A stretch of DNA of 64,000 nt from a virus: IMG/VR virus record IMGVR_UViG_3300045988_168112; one strand, given 5' to 3'. A program made the translations under genes and the position numbers. Of this stretch, positions 59,457 through 64,000 are shown one piece after another. Position 1 is the first letter of the stretch; every line of letters begins with the position of its first letter. The notes beneath the pieces were generated by a model, which was given only the letters and a program-made list of their open reading frames with translations, searched no databases and was not told where the DNA came from.

Positions 59457-61391
59457 TCAACTTAAAAATTTTTCTTTAAATTCTTGCATCGTAAAAATAG
59501 GTACTCCTAATGATTCAGCCTTTTGTTCTTTAGTCGAGCCACTACCTCTTTCTTTTACGACTAAACAAGTAGTTTTCTTACTAACTGAAGAACCAATCTT
59601 ATGGCCTTGCTCTTTCAACTTATTCTCCCAATCCTTATTCCTGAAGCCAGTAAATACAACCGTCATTTGTCCTTCAAAAGATTTTTCCTCAAGACCATAA
59701 TAAGTTATAGGAATATGTGCAGAGTCATCGTCGTTCACCCACCAATCTTCAATACCTAAAACAAATGCTAAAGCTGTACTGAATCCGACACCTTCAACTT
59801 TATCTTCAATGTCAGCCGCCCAGCTTTCATCACATTCTTTTGCAAAATCGGCTACATCTTTACAAGTATATAACTTTAATCCGTCAAGAATTTTTTGACA
59901 TGTCTTTTCGGCTATTACACCTCCAAATTTATTATAAGCTGTCAATAATTTTGCAAAATTGGTGCCTTTCTTTTTCAACTCTTCAAACTGTCTTGAAAGT
60001 ACTTTTGCTGCTACATTTCCTATACCTTCAATTTTTTTTAAGTCTTCTTCTGACAATAAGAGAATACTGTCCGGTGTTTTGTACCCGGCATTGAATAGCT
60101 TCTTTATTGTCGGTTCCCGGAATTCTTTGAAATCTAATACTGAAAAGAAATAGACGCATCTTGCCAGCATTATGCCATCACATTCTTTATTGTGACAAAT
60201 CAAATCGACATTATTATTGTCCCAATCAACTTTTTTACCACAAACAGGACAAACAGAAGGTAATATTTGACTAAAATCACCTAAAGATTTAACTGTCTTT
60301 AAATGTTTAGGTATCACATCTCCAGAACGTGCAATTACTACTCTTGCTCCTTTATCAATAAGATTTTCTCTGACATATCTTGCATTATAAGCTGTACAAC
60401 GAGAAACTGTAGCACCACATAATTCTATTGACTCAATATTGACTACAGGAGCAAGTCGTCCATCTTTAGAAATCTGCCAATCGACACTTTTTACAACCGT
60501 TTCTTCTCTCTCTGACCAATCAGGATTCTTATATGCAATTGCATATTTAGGATTATTATTTGCAAGTCGACCAAGTTCATTTCTCTTTGAAGCATCATTA
60601 ATATCAATTACAAGTCCATCGCATTTGAATCCATTGGTCAGATTCTCAAAAAGATTGTTCATCAAAGTTGTAAACGAATCTTCATTCTGCATAAGACTAC
60701 CTACTGAAACAGTTGCATAAAAAGTCTTTATCCATTTATTGTTCTCGTTAAGAAAATCGAGTTGTTTTTCTTTATCCCAATCTTCTCTATTGCAGCCATA
60801 TCTAACATAAGCGATTAATCCTACATTATCAGAAACTACAGGTGAATTCATAAGTCCAGCTACAGCATTTCTTGCTGACTTATATTGAGTTGTCTCTTTC
60901 AATTTCAAAAAATTGATTGTAGGAAAGATTGCTTCACCAAAAGAATAAGTCACTTTATCGTAAGACCTCCATTCGGAATTGATAAGTTTTCCAAACCTAT
61001 CTTTACAATTCTGACCATATTCACCATCACCTCTTGTCCAAGCATCTCCAACAATCTCATTTACACATAACGATATTCCATCGTATTTAGGTGTTATAAT
61101 GAGTTTATCATAATATTCAAGATTACAAGAGTCAATCCATTTCAAAATCTCATCATAAGTTTTAACCTTCTCTAAACTATACATAGGAATAGGAAGTCTC
61201 TCTTTCCTATCATTCACTTCATCTTGAATACCTTTCTTGAACCAATCAGCATCAGGATTGATATTATGTAGCAATTCTACCAATTCATCAAATTCTGTAT
61301 CAGTAACTTTTGGTTCACCTAAACGATACAATGTATTGTAATCACGTATCTGTTTTTCTAATATCTTAGGGTCTAAATTCGATTTTACCAT
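59457..61391 (-). CDS. ligA: NAD-dependent DNA ligase
   Basis: ITPKYDGISLC (KxDG), Zn finger CPVCGKKV..CHNKEC, HhH region, C-terminal BRCT-like VVFTGF; start MVKSNLD at 61391 avoids overlap. Confidence 0.8.
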   Translation of the reverse strand: MVKSNLDPKILEKQIRDYNTLYRLGEPKVTDTEFDELVELLHNINPDADWFKKGIQDEVNDRKERLPIPMYSLEKVKTYDEILKWIDSCNLEYYDKLIITPKYDGISLCVNEIVGDAWTRGDGEYGQNCKDRFGKLINSEWRSYDKVTYSFGEAIFPTINFLKLKETTQYKSARNAVAGLMNSPVVSDNVGLIAYVRYGCNREDWDKEKQLDFLNENNKWIKTFYATVSVGSLMQNEDSFTTLMNNLFENLTNGFKCDGLVIDINDASKRNELGRLANNNPKYAIAYKNPDWSEREETVVKSVDWQISKDGRLAPVVNIESIELCGATVSRCTAYNARYVRENLIDKGARVVIARSGDVIPKHLKTVKSLGDFSQILPSVCPVCGKKVDWDNNNVDLICHNKECDGIMLARCVYFFSVLDFKEFREPTIKKLFNAGYKTPDSILLLSEEDLKKIEGIGNVAAKVLSRQFEELKKKGTNFAKLLTAYNKFGGVIAEKTCQKILDGLKLYTCKDVADFAKECDESWAADIEDKVEGVGFSTALAFVLGIEDWWVNDDDSAHIPITYYGLEEKSFEGQMTVVFTGFRNKDWENKLKEQGHKIGSSVSKKTTCLVVKERGSGSTKEQKAESLGVPIFTMQEFKEKFLS

Positions 61392-61395
61392 AATC

Positions 61396-61932
61396 TTATA
61401 ATTTTGAAAGTTCTGCACGTAATTTCTCTATATCATCACATTCGTTCCCCTTAACATCTTCTTTAGGAATTTTCATAAAAATAGCATATGCTTCTGGGAA
61501 ATTATCTTTCAATTGTTTTGTTGTATTGATGTTTTCGAGTGCGCATTTTGTCCGGTTTTTGATATTAGACGCTTTCCTGTCTAACTCAATCATTCTATTG
61601 ACAAAAAGGCTTACTTCTATTGAATTTTTCAATTCTTTATACTTTGCATCAGTTATAAGCGAATATACAAAATAATTAACTTCAACATAATTCACTATAT
61701 TATATATTCGTTCGCGTGTAAAATTTGACAGATAAATGCACTCTCTGGTCTGTACTACATCAGGATATTTATCTATAAACTCAACAACATCTTTTGGTAG
61801 ATTTTTCTTGAAAAATTCGTCGACAAATTTACCAAAATCTTCAAATTCTTTTCTTGACTGCTCTATGATAGGATTAATTATACTTTTTGCAATCCTATCT
61901 TTTTCACTAACTGTTAATCTTTCGCTCGCCAT
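61396..61932 (-). CDS. hypothetical protein
   Basis: 178-aa ORF. Confidence 0.65.
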   Translation of the reverse strand: MASERLTVSEKDRIAKSIINPIIEQSRKEFEDFGKFVDEFFKKNLPKDVVEFIDKYPDVVQTRECIYLSNFTRERIYNIVNYVEVNYFVYSLITDAKYKELKNSIEVSLFVNRMIELDRKASNIKNRTKCALENINTTKQLKDNFPEAYAIFMKIPKEDVKGNECDDIEKLRAELSKL

Positions 61933-61934
61933 AA

Positions 61935-62255
61935 TTAAAATACGTTTTCTTTGTTACTAATCATCCACATATAATCGTCGTGTCCGAATTTAAAATCTTT
62001 CTTTGGTCGACCTTGAATTCTATCTTCAAGAGTTACTGGATTCGCAGTAGATGCTTGAAATGTAAGATGAACTGCAAAATCAGTAATCTCTTGTGCCCCA
62101 CGAACTTCATTGAAATAAACATCTCGAGTTTTTGGTGAAAAACTCTCAACAATATACGCTCTTATTTCACCAAGAAATGAAACCACTAAAATTTGCTTTT
62201 GTGTATTATACACAATTGCCCACAAATTGTCATAAAAAGTGTTATTTATTTCCAT
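61935..62255 (-). CDS. hypothetical protein
   Basis: 106-aa ORF, first after the promoter. Confidence 0.6.
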   Translation of the reverse strand: MEINNTFYDNLWAIVYNTQKQILVVSFLGEIRAYIVESFSPKTRDVYFNEVRGAQEITDFAVHLTFQASTANPVTLEDRIQGRPKKDFKFGHDDYMWMISNKENVF

Positions 62256-62271
62256 ATCTATTTTATTTGCC

Positions 62272-62302
62272 TAAAGATACCAACTTTTTATCTATGTTGC
62301 AA
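62272..62302 (-). promoter_or_regulatory. promoter TTG-N20-TATCTTTAGG
   Basis: TTGcaacatagataaaaagttggTATCTTTAGGC, 16 nt before ATG 62255; 24-mer identical to the site at 57668-57691. Confidence 0.55.
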
Positions 62303-62304
62303 CA

Positions 62305-62643
62305 CTACACCTCTTTAAAGAATGATTTTGTGACTTGATTTCTCTTCTGTCGGATAGTCTCATCAATAGTGTTCTTGATACCATCTTTATATCTCTTTTT
62401 CAAGACTGAAGCCTTTTCTTCATTACTCTTGGAATTGAATGATGAGTAATTAATATTGATATCTCCTTCCTGCTCAGGAATGACTTCACGATAATCATAT
62501 TCTTCACCACACTCAGGACAAGATGGCACTTCGATAGGTACAAGTTTCATCTCTTTATTATATCCCATTCTATATGAAGCAGCTAACACTTCTTTACCAA
62601 ACTGCTTACAATCTTTGTTTTTACATTTCCAATATATAGCCAT
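62305..62643 (-). CDS. zinc-ribbon protein
   Basis: CKNKDC ... CPECG. Confidence 0.55.
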   Translation of the reverse strand: MAIYWKCKNKDCKQFGKEVLAASYRMGYNKEMKLVPIEVPSCPECGEEYDYREVIPEQEGDININYSSFNSKSNEEKASVLKKRYKDGIKNTIDETIRQKRNQVTKSFFKEV

Positions 62644-62645
62644 AA

Positions 62646-63134
62646 TTAATAATTATTTCTTCTACCATATTCTGCCATTAGTAACGAATCTGCAAAATTA
62701 TCATCTTCGTTCTTACACTTCTCAGTTCTTCGTAAATCTACTGTAGGAAAGATTCTATGACAAGCCATAAAACTCATTACCTTTTTATTATCGTTCTTAG
62801 GAATACCTTGATGCATCTGTTTCTGCCAAGTCTTTGGTGCTATTTTCGTGTACGATATCCCTAACGAAGAAATGACGCCTTCTATCAAACCTACAATCCA
62901 ACCGAAATGGAAATTTGATTTTGCTGAGCTGCCAAAAATTGAATGAACATCTTCAAGAATGATGTGACAATTATCTTCGTAGATACTCAAATCAAAAAGA
63001 TTATTCACTATTTCATTGACGTCTACAACTTTATTATTCTTCAACAATGGAAATGCAGAAACAAATTTCCCATCTTGGTCTATTATTGATACAAAACCAA
63101 ATTTTCCAGGGTCGATTCCTATATAATATTTCAT
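62646..63134 (-). CDS. RuvC-like Holliday junction resolvase
   Basis: YYIGIDPGKFGFVSII N-terminus and DDNFADSLLMAEYG C-terminus. Confidence 0.65.
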   Translation of the reverse strand: MKYYIGIDPGKFGFVSIIDQDGKFVSAFPLLKNNKVVDVNEIVNNLFDLSIYEDNCHIILEDVHSIFGSSAKSNFHFGWIVGLIEGVISSLGISYTKIAPKTWQKQMHQGIPKNDNKKVMSFMACHRIFPTVDLRRTEKCKNEDDNFADSLLMAEYGRRNNY

Positions 63135-63136
63135 TT

Positions 63137-64000
63137 TTACACCTCCAATCTACTTATACCATTCTCTTTAATAACTTTCAATTGACGAATCTCTTCATTT
63201 AATTTAGGTACATGAGTAACAACAAGAATAGGTTGTTTGAGAAACGAAATTGACGAAATGATATTTTCAATACCTAACGAATCAGCACTTTCTAATACTT
63301 CGTCGATAAATAAAAAGTTCATACCTCCATATTGTTTGGTAGTATTTATCATCGTTTGTAATGCCAATATCAAAGCTATTTCACAACGAGCTTGTTCACC
63401 ACCTGAATAATAGAAGAATGATTCCATTTCATTTCTGAATACATAAGGAGTGATTTCATCTTTCACCTTACCATTCGCTCCCTTTTTGAATCCTTCTATC
63501 ATTATTCTTAAGTCACTACCCATCCTCTTCAATATATCATTAGCTGAAAATTGAATATTCTTCAATTGTTCAAGTGCAAGATACATTTTGAAGTCCTTGA
63601 ATCGAGTCGTCCATTGTTGAACTTTAAATATCCTATCGTTCACCTGAAGTATCTCTTTATCTTTACTTTCAATTTCGTTTTCAAGATTCCTGATATTTTC
63701 TTCCAGATGTGATGTATCCTTTTTCTTCAATGGGGTTGTCTTGAGTTCGTCTATTAATTTCAACTTATGGACTTTCAATTGTTCATTGTCTGCAATCTGT
63801 TCCTTAAGTTTATTGATATTACTTTCAATTTTCACAATACTCTCATCAATTTCGTAATATTGCGACGAAAGTGTCTTAAGTTTATTCCGAATACTTATCT
63901 GCTGGTCAATAATTTTTTTTTCTTCAGCTTGAGTCTCTTTCTTTAGAGAGAGATATTCGTCAATTATTGAATCGAGTTCTTCAATTGATTTATCAATAAG
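63137..64000 (-). CDS. SbcC/Rad50-like ATPase, C-terminal part (continues past right edge)
   Basis: Coiled coil then YSGGEQARCEIALILAL (signature) and LFIDEVLESAD (Walker B); frame open from 63835 to 64000 (track M at 63835 is GTG). Confidence 0.7.
   Translation of the reverse strand, partial: LIDKSIEELDSIIDEYLSLKKETQAEEKKIIDQQISIRNKLKTLSSQYYEIDESIVKIESNINKLKEQIADNEQLKVHKLKLIDELKTTPLKKKDTSHLEENIRNLENEIESKDKEILQVNDRIFKVQQWTTRFKDFKMYLALEQLKNIQFSANDILKRMGSDLRIMIEGFKKGANGKVKDEITPYVFRNEMESFFYYSGGEQARCEIALILALQTMINTTKQYGGMNFLFIDEVLESADSLGIENIISSISFLKQPILVVTHVPKLNEEIRQLKVIKENGISRLEV

Noticed and set aside
1-64000. Stop-codon reassignment (TAG or TGA recoding, as in some gut phages)
   Set aside because: Long uninterrupted ORFs tile the window under the standard code. 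TAA, TAG and TGA are all seen terminating genes at sensible junctions, so no recoding is needed.

Overview
This 64-kb window is a contiguous slice of a large, AT-rich tailed-phage genome with a contractile (myovirus-type) tail. It holds about 100 tightly packed genes, all but one on the minus strand. I saw no rRNA, tRNA, CRISPR array, integrase or transposase. A Bacteroidota host is the best guess (inference), for three reasons: most starts lack a Shine-Dalgarno sequence; a TTG-N20-TATCTTTAGG promoter-like motif, close to the Bacteroides -33 TTTG / -7 TAnnTTTG type, recurs at about 17 sites; and BACON-like Ig repeats and a DUF4494-like protein are present. Layout: 1-32.4 kb is the virion and lysis module (baseplate/hub, tape measure, chaperone-position ORFs, tube, sheath, neck proteins, an inserted HNH endonuclease, major capsid, scaffold, prohead protease, MuF-like protein, portal, BACON-repeat proteins, holin). 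32.4-33.4 kb is a divergent control region with operator-like palindromes, a leader RNA with its own terminator, and the only plus-strand gene. 33.4-49 kb holds small early/middle genes, including an M15 peptidase, a LamG protein, an AP2-like DNA binder and a block of small genes that unusually carry strong Shine-Dalgarno sites. 49-64 kb holds nucleotide metabolism, replication and recombination genes (TGT/DpdA-like plus QueD-like-kinase fusion, class II RNR, UvrD-like helicase, NTase, RNase H, SNF2 helicase, NAD-dependent ligase, RuvC-like resolvase, SbcC-like ATPase). The most notable observation is an NAD/ADP-ribose cassette inside the head-morphogenesis operon: a Nudix protein, a polyvalent 869-aa protein ending in an R-S-E ADP-ribosyltransferase, and an ADP-ribosylglycohydrolase with its own promoter. 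Two free-standing Hint-like genes sit next to it. All functional calls rest on motifs read by eye and on gene order; no database search was possible.
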